DNA from: Eubacteriales bacterium
Lineage (GTDB): Bacteria; Bacillota; Clostridia; Oscillospirales; CAG-272
Assembly (NCBI GenBank): GCA_045634425.1
Contig: JAZRAF010000097.1
Span: 1-63,810, forward strand
Direction of reading: 5' to 3'
DNA: 63,810 nt
Every line of letters starts with the position of its first letter. Position 1 is the stretch's first letter. Below are positions 1-8,808 of this stretch, piece by piece. Both the position numbers and the translations under genes were made by a program. The notes beneath the pieces were generated by a model. The model ran no database searches and had not been told where the DNA came from. It saw nothing but the letters and a program-made list of their open reading frames with translations.

Positions 1-2
1 TC

Positions 3-359
3 GGTACCGAGATTCCCGCCGGTCATACTTGGGGCGAGTGGATCACCTCATGTGCACCGACCTGTACCGATCCCGGTGAAGAGCGCAGAGATTGTACTGC
101 TTGCGACGCGTTTGAAACGATCGTGATCGATCCGACCGGACACGCCGATAACGACGAAAACGGAATATGCGATAACTGCAACTCAAATCTTGCCGGTAAT
201 CCTGAAGAAGGTTCCGGAAGCACCGATGACAATTCGGGCAACAACTCCGGTGATGAGGCACCGAATAACAAAACGGCGCTTATAGTCACCATATCCGCGT
301 GTGGAGCAGCTGTAGTTTGTGCCGCTGCGATATTCGTTATCAAAAGGAAAAAGAAATAA
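3..359 (+). CDS. C-terminal fragment of a secreted/cell-surface protein (5' end lies outside the window)
   Basis: Frame 3 is open from nt 3. The translation GTEIPAGHTWGEWITSCAPTCTDPGEERRDCTACDAFETIVIDPTGHADNDENGICDNC shows Cys-rich GH...C..C repeat units. These are followed by a G/S/N/D linker, one hydrophobic helix (ALIVTISACGAAVVCAAAIFVI) and a KRKKK tail. Stop codon at 357-359. Confidence 0.6.
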   Translation, partial: GTEIPAGHTWGEWITSCAPTCTDPGEERRDCTACDAFETIVIDPTGHADNDENGICDNCNSNLAGNPEEGSGSTDDNSGNNSGDEAPNNKTALIVTISACGAAVVCAAAIFVIKRKKK

Positions 360-397
360 GTCAAATAACATTTTTTCGATTTAAACAAATAGAAAAA

Positions 398-435
398 CGC
401 CCTGCCATCAACTCAAGATAGCAGGGTGTTTTTTT
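398..435 (+). terminator. Rho-independent terminator after the surface-protein gene
   Basis: 8-bp stem cgccctgc/gcagggtg (one G-U pair), 15-nt loop, then a T7 run at 429-435. Confidence 0.7.
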
Positions 436-518
436 GGTGTCGGTGGCGAGACTCGAACTCGCACGTCTTGCGACAATGGATTCTAAGTCCATCTTGTCTA
501 CCATTCCAACACACCGAC
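435..518 (-). tRNA. tRNA-Leu, anticodon UAG
   Basis: The reverse complement reads GTCGGTG..ATGGA-CTTAGAA-TCCAT-TGTCGCAAGACGT-GCGAG-TTCGAGT-CTCGC-CACCGAC-A-CCA. It has a 7-bp acceptor stem, a 5-bp anticodon stem, anticodon TAG, a long variable arm typical of Leu, a canonical T-arm and an encoded CCA. Confidence 0.9.
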
Positions 519-524
519 GTTGGT

Positions 525-555
525 ATGCGACGGGGAACACCCGTCGCATTTTTTT
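525..555 (+). terminator. Strong hairpin plus T-tract (plus-strand orientation) between the tRNA and the membrane-protein gene
   Basis: 9-bp stem atgcgacgg/ccgtcgcat, 7-nt loop, T7 run at 549-555. On the minus strand the A-run precedes the stem, so it is only a weak terminator for the 565..1011 gene. Confidence 0.5.
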
Positions 556-564
556 AGCTTTTGA

Positions 565-1011
565 TTACTTAAATCTGGGGGAATAATCCTTCTTTTCGGG
601 CTCTTTTTTCTTCTTTTCGGGGAGTGCTTTGTCGATCTTTTTAATGCTTTTCATAACGAGCAGAGCAATGCAAGTGATGAGTGCATAGAAAAACGCAAAA
701 GCAATAAATACCACCATAAAATCTTTGGCAGAATCAACTTTAAAGGCACCGCCGTTTGCGAAAACTACGTAGAACGCAAGGAACAAAACCGCAAAGTGAA
801 CGGGAAATTTTATATACGCCTTAAGTGACTTTATCTCGAAGATCATATTGGTTATAGATATGATGAGCGAGAAGAGTAATATTACAAAATATCTCGATGC
901 CGCAATAGAGGGGCTCTTGACACCGGCGATAATGTTGCCGATCAGAATTAACAGTGAAATCAGTACCGACAGGGTACAGGTATGGTATAAAAGCTTTTCA
1001 AGCCGCTTCAT
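565..1011 (-). CDS. Small integral membrane protein, function unknown
   Basis: 148-aa ORF with four hydrophobic segments and a Lys-rich C-terminal tail (PEKKKKEPEKK). RBS aaggatg lies upstream of the ATG. Confidence 0.6.
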   Translation of the reverse strand: MKRLEKLLYHTCTLSVLISLLILIGNIIAGVKSPSIAASRYFVILLFSLIISITNMIFEIKSLKAYIKFPVHFAVLFLAFYVVFANGGAFKVDSAKDFMVVFIAFAFFYALITCIALLVMKSIKKIDKALPEKKKKEPEKKDYSPRFK

Positions 1012-1176
1012 TTTTTACATCCTTTGTGTGCAAATTAACAATGTAATAATACCATAAACCCGTTGCTTTTTCAAGTACTTTTTTGAAATTTCAAAGGCAA
1101 AAATCCCAAAAAGAAAAGGGGATTATCGTTAAAATGAATAAAAATGCAAAAATGAATAATTTTGCCCTCAAATCGG

Positions 1177-1205
1177 TTGACATTCACCTGAATTAGTATT
1201 ATAAT
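1177..1205 (+). promoter_or_regulatory. Consensus sigma-A promoter for the nusB operon
   Basis: TTGACA (1177-1182), 17-nt spacer, TATAAT (1200-1205). Confidence 0.6.
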
Positions 1206-1236
1206 AATTATATATATTTAACACGAGGTGTTGCAT

Positions 1237-1641
1237 ATGAACAGAAAGTTAGCGCGCGAAAACGCTTTTATTCTCCTTTTTGAGGGAGCAAGCAAGAAGG
1301 ATGAGACCGCCGAGGAGATCTTTGAGAAGGCTACCGGCGTCAGATCTCTTGAAACCGACGATTACGTTAATAAGGTTTTCTTCGGTTACTATGAAAATGC
1401 ACGCGCAATTGAAGAGTGCATCGAAAAGTCGCTGATCGGTTGGGCAAGAGACAGAATTTCTCTTTCCTCGATTGCAATACTTAGACTTGCGACCTACGAG
1501 CTTATGTTTATGGATGATATCCCTGCAAAGGTTTCCATTAACGAGGGAATCGAGCTTGCAAAGAGATACGACGACGATAAGGCATATTCCTTTGTCAACG
1601 GCGTTCTTAACAAGATTGCCGAGGAACTTGGCAGAAAATGA
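1237..1641 (+). CDS. nusB: Transcription antitermination factor NusB
   Basis: MNRKLARENAFILLFE... and the C-terminal region ...ILRLATYELMFMDDIPAKVSINEGIELAKRYDDDKAYSFVNGVLNKI are typical NusB. RBS gaggtg lies 6 nt before the ATG at 1237. The ORF opens at GTG 1228. Confidence 0.9.
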   Translation: MNRKLARENAFILLFEGASKKDETAEEIFEKATGVRSLETDDYVNKVFFGYYENARAIEECIEKSLIGWARDRISLSSIAILRLATYELMFMDDIPAKVSINEGIELAKRYDDDKAYSFVNGVLNKIAEELGRK

Positions 1642-2591
1642 AAAGAGAAGTAATTCTCGGCATTGATACGAGCAATTATACGACCTCGGTTGCCATAATG
1701 GGCACAGACGGCGAGCTTATCGCCAATATCAAACGCCCCCTGCCCGTAAAGCCGGGCGAGCGCGGACTTCGTCAGTCTGATGCGGTGTTTGCCCATATCA
1801 AGAATTTTCCCTCGGCTATGGACGAGGCGCGTTCTTATCTTGACGGGGCGACCGTCGTTGCTATCGGTGTCAGCGAAAGACCGAGAAACGTTGATGGCTC
1901 GTATATGCCTTGCTTTCTCTCGGGTGTAGCCGTTGCTGAGAGCGTGGCGGCCACAACGGGCGCACCGATATACAAGTTCTCGCATCAGTGCGGCCATATT
2001 ATGGCGGCACTTTATTCTTCGGGCCGCACCGACCTTCTTGAAAAGGAGTTTTGTGCATTTCACGTCTCCGGCGGAACTACCGAGGTTTTGCGAGTTAATA
2101 AGTCGGGCGCTGCATTCAAGGCCGAGCTTGTTGGCGGAACGGCTGATATAAACGCAGGTCAGCTTATCGACCGTGTCGGCGTTTATATGGGCCTTCAGTT
2201 TCCTGCAGGCGCACATATGGAAAAGCTCGCACTTGAAAACGAGGCAAAGATCCCCGCAATCAAGTTGAAGGTCAATGACTGTAAGGTCAACCTCTCGGGG
2301 GCAGAGAATCAGGCTATCGGCTTGTTTGATAAGACTGCCGATCCTCGCCTTACCTCCGCATACGTCCTTAACTATGTAACGAAGGCGCTCTCCTTGCTTG
2401 CCGCTTCGTATGAAGAACGCTTTGGCGAGACGGAATTCGTCTTTGCAGGCGGAGTTATGAGCAATTCTATAATAAAATCTGCTCTTGGTAAGCAGTTTAA
2501 CGCATCGTTTGCGACCCCCGCGTGCTCTGCCGATAATGCGGTGGGTATTGCTTGTCTTGCGATGCGAGCATATAATTCGGAGAATAAGTAA
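1638..2591 (+). CDS. Divergent TsaD/Kae1/Gcp-family (peptidase M22, ASKHA fold) protein
   Basis: 317 aa. Motifs seen: GIDTSNYTTSVA (compare GIETSCDET), HQCGH (HxxxH metal motif), VSGGTTE and CSADNAVGIA. ATGA overlap with the nusB stop and TAATG overlap with the xseA start. Confidence 0.75.
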   Translation: MKREVILGIDTSNYTTSVAIMGTDGELIANIKRPLPVKPGERGLRQSDAVFAHIKNFPSAMDEARSYLDGATVVAIGVSERPRNVDGSYMPCFLSGVAVAESVAATTGAPIYKFSHQCGHIMAALYSSGRTDLLEKEFCAFHVSGGTTEVLRVNKSGAAFKAELVGGTADINAGQLIDRVGVYMGLQFPAGAHMEKLALENEAKIPAIKLKVNDCKVNLSGAENQAIGLFDKTADPRLTSAYVLNYVTKALSLLAASYEERFGETEFVFAGGVMSNSIIKSALGKQFNASFATPACSADNAVGIACLAMRAYNSENK

Positions 2592-3844
2592 TGGATATTT
2601 CAGCTCTCCGTGACCGTCCCTCACAGGGCGCGCTCACTGTAACTGAACTGAATAATTATATAAAGAATCTCATCGATTCTAACCGAACCTTAGCGGCAAT
2701 AACCGTTACGGGTGAGATATCAAACTTTACCGATCACCGCAGCGGACACCTGTATTTTTCGCTTAAGGATTCCGATGCGCAGATAAGGGCGGTAATGTTC
2801 AGATCTGCCCGTGCCAAGCTCAAGTTCGCTCCGCAGGAGGGAATGAAGGTAACCGTACACGGCGCCGTCTCCCTTTATCCGCAGGGCGGCACGGTTCAGC
2901 TTTACGTTAATGCGATGGCGCCCGACGGACTCGGCGCGCTTTACAAAGCGTACGAGCAGTTGAAGGCTAAGCTTGCCGATGAGGGGCTCTTTGACGAGGA
3001 TCACAAATCCCCGATCCCGTCCTTTCCTGCGCGCATAGGCGTTATAACGTCACCCACAGGCGCGGCAGTGCGCGATATAATCAACGTCACAGGCCGCCGT
3101 TATCCCTTGGCACAGATATACCTCTATCCCTCGCTCGTGCAGGGCGACGGTGCTGAGGCAGACCTCGTTCGTGCGATAGACTATTTTGAAAGCTCAAATC
3201 TCGTCGACGTTATCATAATCGGTCGAGGCGGCGGCTCTATCGAGGATCTTTGGGCGTTTAACTCCGAGGCACTTGCAAGGCGCATTTATTCAGCTAAAAC
3301 GCCTATCATCTCTGCCGTAGGTCACGAAACCGACTTCACGATCTGTGATTTCGTATCCGACCTTCGTGCTCCCACGCCGTCCGCGGCTGCTGAGATCGCA
3401 GTGCCCGATCTTAGAGACATAATGATCGGCCTTGATAACGCATCCGACCGTATCGTTAATGCACTTCGCACGGTTGCCGAGCGCAAGCGCGAAAGGCTTG
3501 AGCGCATATCGGATAAGCCGATGTTCAAGGACCCCTCGCTTTTCGTTGAAGAGCAGAGAAGCGATATTGAAAAGCTTTCCGAAAAAGCAGATCTTGCTAT
3601 TTCGGGTATTATACGTGATAAATCAAACGAGCTTCGCCTTGTGAGCGGCAAAATCAATGCACTTAGCCCGCTTGCGGTGCTTTCGCGCGGATACTCGATT
3701 GCCGAAAAGGATGGAAACGTAGTTTTCAGCGCAAAGGAGATTGCAGTCGGTGATGAGGTGTCGCTCCGTTTTAAAGACGGTGTTGCTACTGCAACGATAA
3801 ATTCTAAAAAGCTCTCCCGAAAGGAGAAAAAAGATGAAAAATAA
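2591..3844 (+). CDS. xseA: Exodeoxyribonuclease VII large subunit
   Basis: 417 aa. N-terminal OB-fold region (LTVTELNNYIKNLID...GEISNF..HRSGHLYFSLKD) and catalytic region (GVITSPTGAAVRDI, IIIGRGGGSIEDLWAFN). Confidence 0.95.
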   Translation: MDISALRDRPSQGALTVTELNNYIKNLIDSNRTLAAITVTGEISNFTDHRSGHLYFSLKDSDAQIRAVMFRSARAKLKFAPQEGMKVTVHGAVSLYPQGGTVQLYVNAMAPDGLGALYKAYEQLKAKLADEGLFDEDHKSPIPSFPARIGVITSPTGAAVRDIINVTGRRYPLAQIYLYPSLVQGDGAEADLVRAIDYFESSNLVDVIIIGRGGGSIEDLWAFNSEALARRIYSAKTPIISAVGHETDFTICDFVSDLRAPTPSAAAEIAVPDLRDIMIGLDNASDRIVNALRTVAERKRERLERISDKPMFKDPSLFVEEQRSDIEKLSEKADLAISGIIRDKSNELRLVSGKINALSPLAVLSRGYSIAEKDGNVVFSAKEIAVGDEVSLRFKDGVATATINSKKLSRKEKKDEK

Positions 3845-4061
3845 CGTAACCTTTGAGGAGGCAATGCGCGCGCTTGATGAAGCGGTTTCCAAGCTTGAGA
3901 GCGGCTCGCCTACCCTTGATGAATCTCTTGCAACCTTTGAAGAGGCGGTAAAGCTTATAAAGGTATGCAACGAAAAGATAAATTCAGCAGAGCAAAAGGT
4001 AAAAATGCTCATACAAAATGCAGACGGCAGCGTAACCGACGTGCCGTTTGACGTAGAATGA
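3834..4061 (+). CDS. xseB: Exodeoxyribonuclease VII small subunit
   Basis: 75 aa, TFEEAMRALDEAVSKLESG..LDESLATFEEAVKL. Overlaps the xseA 3' end by 11 nt. Confidence 0.9.
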   Translation: MKNNVTFEEAMRALDEAVSKLESGSPTLDESLATFEEAVKLIKVCNEKINSAEQKVKMLIQNADGSVTDVPFDVE

Positions 4062-4062
4062 T

Positions 4063-4785
4063 ATGCGACTTGACGTATTTCTTTTTGAAAACGGATACGC
4101 CTCAAGCCGTACCGAGGCCAAGCAGCTTATCACCGAGTCATTGGTATCGGTAAACGGTAAGGTCATCACCAAGGCATCGTACGACGTCGATGGCGAGGCA
4201 GAGATAAGCATTTCCGATCCCGGTGTGCGCTATGCAAGCAGGGGCGGCAAAAAGCTTGAATGTGCCATCGAGTCATTTAAATTCGACATCAAAGGCAAGC
4301 TTGCGATAGACGTTGGCGCATCTAGCGGCGGCTTTACCGACTGCCTTCTCAAAAACGGCGCAACGCACGTTATCGCGGTTGACTCCGGTACCGATCAGCT
4401 TGTGGCAAGCCTTCGCGCCGATGAGCGCGTCACGGTTATGGAGGGCTACAACGCCAGGTATATGACCGCCGCCGACCTGCCTTACGAGCCCGAGCTTGCG
4501 GTAATGGACGTATCATTCATTTCCGCAACCTATATTATCCCCGCGCTTTACAGTTGTCTTAAGTGCGGTGCGGACTTTATTTGCCTTATAAAGCCGCAGT
4601 TTGAGGTCGGCCGTGCCAACATAGGCAAGGGCGGCATTGTTAAAGACGATAAGGTGCGCGCCTCCGCCGTTAACAAGGTGGTAGAGTTCGCAGAGAGTAT
4701 AGGCTTTAAAACCGAGGGTGTTGTTCGCTCGTCAGTTGTTGGCGGTGACGGCAACATCGAATTTTTAGCACATTTCAAGAAGTAA
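4063..4785 (+). CDS. tlyA: TlyA-family rRNA 2'-O-methyltransferase (S4 domain plus FtsJ-like methyltransferase domain)
   Basis: MRLDVFLFENGYASSRTEAKQLI (S4 domain) and DVGASSGGFTDCLL (SAM-binding motif). Confidence 0.9.
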   Translation: MRLDVFLFENGYASSRTEAKQLITESLVSVNGKVITKASYDVDGEAEISISDPGVRYASRGGKKLECAIESFKFDIKGKLAIDVGASSGGFTDCLLKNGATHVIAVDSGTDQLVASLRADERVTVMEGYNARYMTAADLPYEPELAVMDVSFISATYIIPALYSCLKCGADFICLIKPQFEVGRANIGKGGIVKDDKVRASAVNKVVEFAESIGFKTEGVVRSSVVGGDGNIEFLAHFKK

Positions 4786-4815
4786 AATCCGCTTGAAATG
4801 TCGGAAAGGATGGCT

Positions 4816-5667
4816 ATGAAAAGCATAGTAATCATACCGAATAAGCATAAGGACGCAGATTTTGCGGTAAGCACGAGGGCTGCACGCTTTCTTGCCGACT
4901 GCGGCGCGACAGTGTACGTAGAGGAAAAATACGAGACGGACCTTGGCGGCAGTGCCACCGTCACACCTACTATACCTCAGGATGCCGAGCTTATAGTCGT
5001 TATCGGCGGTGACGGCTCGATAATCGATGCCTCTGTTCCTGCGGTAGACTACGACCTGCCCGTTCTTGGTATAAATCTTGGTAACCTCGGCTATCTTGCA
5101 GAGGTTGAGCCGGATAATATCGATCAGCTTAAGCGCATATTCACGGGTGAATACAAGATCGAGGAGAAAATGCTTCTCTCGGTTGCACTGGTACGCGGTG
5201 ATAAGACCGTGGAGTCTAACCGCCTTGCACTCAACGACGTGATAATCTCGCATGAGACTTATCTTGGACTAGCCGAGCTTTCCTTGACCGATTCCCACGG
5301 CTCAACGGTTAAATACAGGGCAGACGGATTGATACTTTCGACTCCCGTCGGCTCGACGGCATACTCGCTTTCGGCAGGTGGACCGATACTTTCGCACGAT
5401 ATTGATTCAATACTTGCAACGCCTATCTGTCCGCACTCCTTCTTTAACCGCTCGGTTATATTCAATCCGTCCGAGGAGCTTACACTCTGTAACCACGGCA
5501 CTGATACGCTTAATATAACGGTAGACGGCCGACTTTTTGCCGAGCTCGGCGAAGGGGAGTGCTGTGTGGTTAAAGCCGCGAACAAGAGATTCCGTATGTT
5601 GACCTTCAGCGACGGCAATATGTTCTCAACTCTTTTTGGCAAAATGAAACGCTTTGAAAATATTTGA
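4816..5667 (+). CDS. nadK: NAD kinase
   Basis: GGDGS motif (VIGGDGSIIDA), NLGNLGYL and STPVGSTAYSLSAGGPI. The ORF opens at 4798. ATG 4816 is preferred because it has an aaagga RBS and gives the typical MK..I start. Confidence 0.9.
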   Translation: MKSIVIIPNKHKDADFAVSTRAARFLADCGATVYVEEKYETDLGGSATVTPTIPQDAELIVVIGGDGSIIDASVPAVDYDLPVLGINLGNLGYLAEVEPDNIDQLKRIFTGEYKIEEKMLLSVALVRGDKTVESNRLALNDVIISHETYLGLAELSLTDSHGSTVKYRADGLILSTPVGSTAYSLSAGGPILSHDIDSILATPICPHSFFNRSVIFNPSEELTLCNHGTDTLNITVDGRLFAELGEGECCVVKAANKRFRMLTFSDGNMFSTLFGKMKRFENI

Positions 5668-5681
5668 TTCGGAGATAAAAT

Positions 5682-6137
5682 ATGAAAAACGCAAGACAGC
5701 AGAAGATACTTGAGCTTATCGACACTTATGATATTGATACTCAGGAGGCGATGATCGACAGACTTCGCGAGGCGGGAATTAACGCAACGCAGACCACGAT
5801 ATCGCGTGACATCCGCGAGCTTAAGCTCGTAAAGGGAATGAGTGCCAGTGGCGAATATAAATACATACGCCCTGGCGTAAAGCGCGAGGCTAATATCCCC
5901 GTTTTGAATTCCGCACTCACCGAGTCGGTGGTTAATATCGAGGCGGCAGGAAATATAGTTGTCATAAAGACGTTCCCCGGTATGGCAAACGCGCTCGCAG
6001 TTTGTGTAGATGCTCTTGAAAAAGCACACATCGTCGGCAGCGTTGCGGGTGATGACACCATTCTTCTCGTAGTAAGAAGCGACGAGGTCGCACACGAGAT
6101 TGCAAAAGAGCTTAAGGAAGCTTTTTCGGTTAAATAA
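5682..6137 (+). CDS. argR: Arginine repressor ArgR/AhrC
   Basis: 151 aa, RQQKILELI...QEAMIDRLREAGINATQTTISRDIRELKLVK, with a C-terminal GTVAGDDT-like motif (GSVAGDDTILLV). Confidence 0.95.
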   Translation: MKNARQQKILELIDTYDIDTQEAMIDRLREAGINATQTTISRDIRELKLVKGMSASGEYKYIRPGVKREANIPVLNSALTESVVNIEAAGNIVVIKTFPGMANALAVCVDALEKAHIVGSVAGDDTILLVVRSDEVAHEIAKELKEAFSVK

Positions 6138-6154
6138 TTTTTGCGGAGGGGAAA

Positions 6155-7855
6155 ATGCTTCTTTCCTTGCATATTGAAAATATTGCGGTGATAAAGTCGC
6201 TTGACCTCGACTTTTCATCGGGATTTACCGTCCTTACCGGTGAGACCGGTGCAGGTAAATCGATAATCATAGATTCTATCAATCTTCTTCTCGGCGCAAA
6301 GGCAGATAAGGAACTTATCCGCACGGGCGAGGCATATGCTATGGTAAGCGGATTTTTTGGTGAGCTTACTCCTGCCGCTACCTTGGCGCTTTCCGAGGTA
6401 GGTATCAGCTGTGACGAGGATGGCAACATTCTCATTCAGCGCACGATGCACGCAGACGGTCGCTCACAGATAAAGATCAACGGCCGCACCGTTACGCTCT
6501 CGGTTTTGAGAAGCGTTACGCCATCGCTTGTTGCAATACACGGCCAGTCGGATACGGCGTCTATCGCAGATCCCGAAAAGCAGCTTGAGCTTATCGACAT
6601 TTACGCCGCGAACTCTGACATTCTCGCCGAGTATAAGCAGCTTTATACCGAGCTTGAGCGAGTAAAGGCGGAGAAAAACGACGTGCTTAAGCGCCAGGCA
6701 GAGCGCGAGCGTATGGTCGAGATACTTAAATATCAGATCAAGGATATCGACGACCTTGCCGTTTATGACGGTGAGGAAGAGGACCTTATCGATAAAAAGC
6801 TTAAAATCAAAAACAGCGAGAAGATCACCAAGAATGCAGGCTTTGTATTCAAGGCGCTGAAGGGAAGCGAAAAGGGAAGCGTGTCCTTCCTTCTTGAGCG
6901 CAGTATCACTGCTCTTGAGCAGCTTTCCGACGTTGTGCCCGATTTCGCTACGTACGCCGAGACCCTGCGCGATATGCACTACAAGGTTGAGGATATTGGC
7001 GAGGAGGTTTACGCCGTTATTGCCGATATGGATTCAGATCCCACCGAAACGCTTAACAAGATCGAGTCAAGACTCGACAAGCTCTCAAAGCTTAAGCGCA
7101 AATACGGTCTTACCCTTGCTGACGTGCTCGCATTCAGAGATAAGGCACAAAGTGAGCTTGATACGCTTGAAAATTCGGATGAGATACTTAAAAATCTCGA
7201 TGCAAAGGAAAACGAGCTTTATGCAGCGGCACTTGCAGTAGCCGACAAGCTTCACGCAAGACGCACCGCCGCGTCCTCTGAGATCGAGGCGTCGGTCAAG
7301 GAAACACTCGAATTTCTTGATATGCCCAAGGTAGTCTTTTACGCATCAATAAAAGAGGACTATTTAGAGGGCAAAAAGGTGCTTACCCCCACGGGATACG
7401 ATAAGCTCGAGTTCTATATCAGCGCAAATAAGGGCGCTGATGCTCAGCCTCTCGGCAAAATTGCTTCGGGCGGTGAGCTTGCGCGCATTATGCTTGCTCT
7501 TAAGTCGGCTATTTCGGATAAGGACGGTATCGCAACCGTAATTTATGACGAGATCGATGCCGGTGTTTCGGGCAAAACCGCTCGCAAGATCGGTATTAAA
7601 ATGCTTTCCTTGGCACGCAGTGCACAGCTTTTCTGCGTTACACACAGTGCGCAGATCGCCTCACTTGCCGAGGTGCATTTCCTTATTAAAAAACGTGACG
7701 TGGACTCAACCACGCAGACCTTTGTTGAGCAGCTTGACAGGGACGGCAGAATTGCCGAGCTTTCGCGCATCCTTGGTGGCATAAACGTTACCGATGCACA
7801 GCGCAAGGCGGCCGAGGATATGCTCGACGAAAGAGAAAACTATATAAAGGCATAA
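6155..7855 (+). CDS. recN: DNA repair protein RecN
   Basis: 566 aa. MLLSLHIENIAVI, Walker A GETGAGKS, long coiled-coil middle region, and C-terminal SGGELARIMLALK plus YDEIDAGVSG. Confidence 0.95.
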   Translation: MLLSLHIENIAVIKSLDLDFSSGFTVLTGETGAGKSIIIDSINLLLGAKADKELIRTGEAYAMVSGFFGELTPAATLALSEVGISCDEDGNILIQRTMHADGRSQIKINGRTVTLSVLRSVTPSLVAIHGQSDTASIADPEKQLELIDIYAANSDILAEYKQLYTELERVKAEKNDVLKRQAERERMVEILKYQIKDIDDLAVYDGEEEDLIDKKLKIKNSEKITKNAGFVFKALKGSEKGSVSFLLERSITALEQLSDVVPDFATYAETLRDMHYKVEDIGEEVYAVIADMDSDPTETLNKIESRLDKLSKLKRKYGLTLADVLAFRDKAQSELDTLENSDEILKNLDAKENELYAAALAVADKLHARRTAASSEIEASVKETLEFLDMPKVVFYASIKEDYLEGKKVLTPTGYDKLEFYISANKGADAQPLGKIASGGELARIMLALKSAISDKDGIATVIYDEIDAGVSGKTARKIGIKMLSLARSAQLFCVTHSAQIASLAEVHFLIKKRDVDSTTQTFVEQLDRDGRIAELSRILGGINVTDAQRKAAEDMLDERENYIKA

Positions 7856-7858
7856 CCA

Positions 7859-8770
7859 ATGAATGAACTTTTTGATTTTCTGATCAAAAAGGACGTTGAA
7901 CATAAAATCAATCAACCGATGGCGGAGTACACCTCTATTCGTATAGGTGGCAAGGCTGCGGTGGTTGCATTTCCAAGCACGGAGGATCAGCTTGCTGATC
8001 TGGTGCGCCATCTCTACAAAAGGGATATAACATACACGGTTGTCGGCCGTATGACAAACGTTTTGCCCTGTGATGAGGAATACCGTGGCGTAATCGTTAT
8101 CACAAAGCAGCTTGATCGCTATCGACGAGACGGTAATACCGTTTTTGCCGAGTGCGGCGTTACGGCCTCCTCACTAATAATGCGTCTATCGGTCTTAGGC
8201 CTCGGCGGCATTGAGTCGCTTTACGGCATTCCGGGAACGCTTGGCGGTATGATCGTGTCCAATGCGGGCGCATACGAATGCGAAATCGGTGAAGTTGTAA
8301 AAAGCGTAATAGCGTATTCGCCATCGCTTGATAAAACGGTAACGCTTACCCACGATGAGCTTTGCTTCTCATACCGCAATAGCGTGTTTTCAGGTAGCGA
8401 TATGCTGATCCTTTCGGCAGAGCTCGAGCTTACACCTTCATCCCCCGAGATTATTAGCTCGAAAATGGGAATGATAAGGCAAAAGCGCATATTGACTCAA
8501 CCGCTTGAATACCCAAGCCTTGGCAGCGTCTTTAAACGCGTCAATGGCATATCCGCAGGGCAGATGATCGACAGCTGCGGACTAAAGGGGTTAAGCGTTG
8601 GCGGTGCTATGATCTCACCCAAGCACGCAGGCTTTATCGTCAACGCGGGCGGCGCAACCGCGGCGGATTTTCGTGACCTTGTCGACGTAATCAAAGGTGA
8701 GGTGCGCAGGCAACGCGCTGTAACGCTTGAAGAAGAAATCAAGTACATTTCATCTTCTGCCGTAAAATAA
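7859..8770 (+). CDS. murB: UDP-N-acetylenolpyruvoylglucosamine reductase
   Basis: 303 aa. TSIRIGGKA, VVGRMTNVL (compare GxGSNxL), and C-terminal GSVFKR...AGQMIDSCGLKG...GGAMISPKHAGFIVN. Confidence 0.93.
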   Translation: MNELFDFLIKKDVEHKINQPMAEYTSIRIGGKAAVVAFPSTEDQLADLVRHLYKRDITYTVVGRMTNVLPCDEEYRGVIVITKQLDRYRRDGNTVFAECGVTASSLIMRLSVLGLGGIESLYGIPGTLGGMIVSNAGAYECEIGEVVKSVIAYSPSLDKTVTLTHDELCFSYRNSVFSGSDMLILSAELELTPSSPEIISSKMGMIRQKRILTQPLEYPSLGSVFKRVNGISAGQMIDSCGLKGLSVGGAMISPKHAGFIVNAGGATAADFRDLVDVIKGEVRRQRAVTLEEEIKYISSSAVK

Positions 8771-8808
8771 ATCCCATAAATCGGAATTAACAAAACAAGG
8801 AGGTCGAA

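Noticed and set aside
1494-2624. 376-aa antisense ORF opposite the TsaD-like gene. Similar ORFs occur at 5259-6218, 9877-10665, 14633-15469, 15611-16222, 16245-16973, 22916-23923, 25853-26791, 31524-32651, 33865-34701, 43561-44250, 50865-51947, 52575-53360, 53585-54520 and 56963-57916.
   Set aside because: All lie opposite well-supported genes and in codon register with them. All lack RBSs and motifs. I treat them as codon-bias artefacts.
4061-4063. Absence of ispA/dxs between xseB and tlyA (and of folD after nusB), considered as a deletion scar or recombination junction.
   Set aside because: The genes abut with a 1-nt gap and no remnant sequence, repeats or pseudogene fragments. This is most simply a lineage-specific operon arrangement.
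6138-6154. An SOS (LexA/Cheo) box upstream of recN, and similar checks upstream of dnaE and recG.
   Set aside because: No GAAC-N4-GTTC-type palindrome was found. recN is only 17 nt downstream of argR and appears to be co-transcribed with it.
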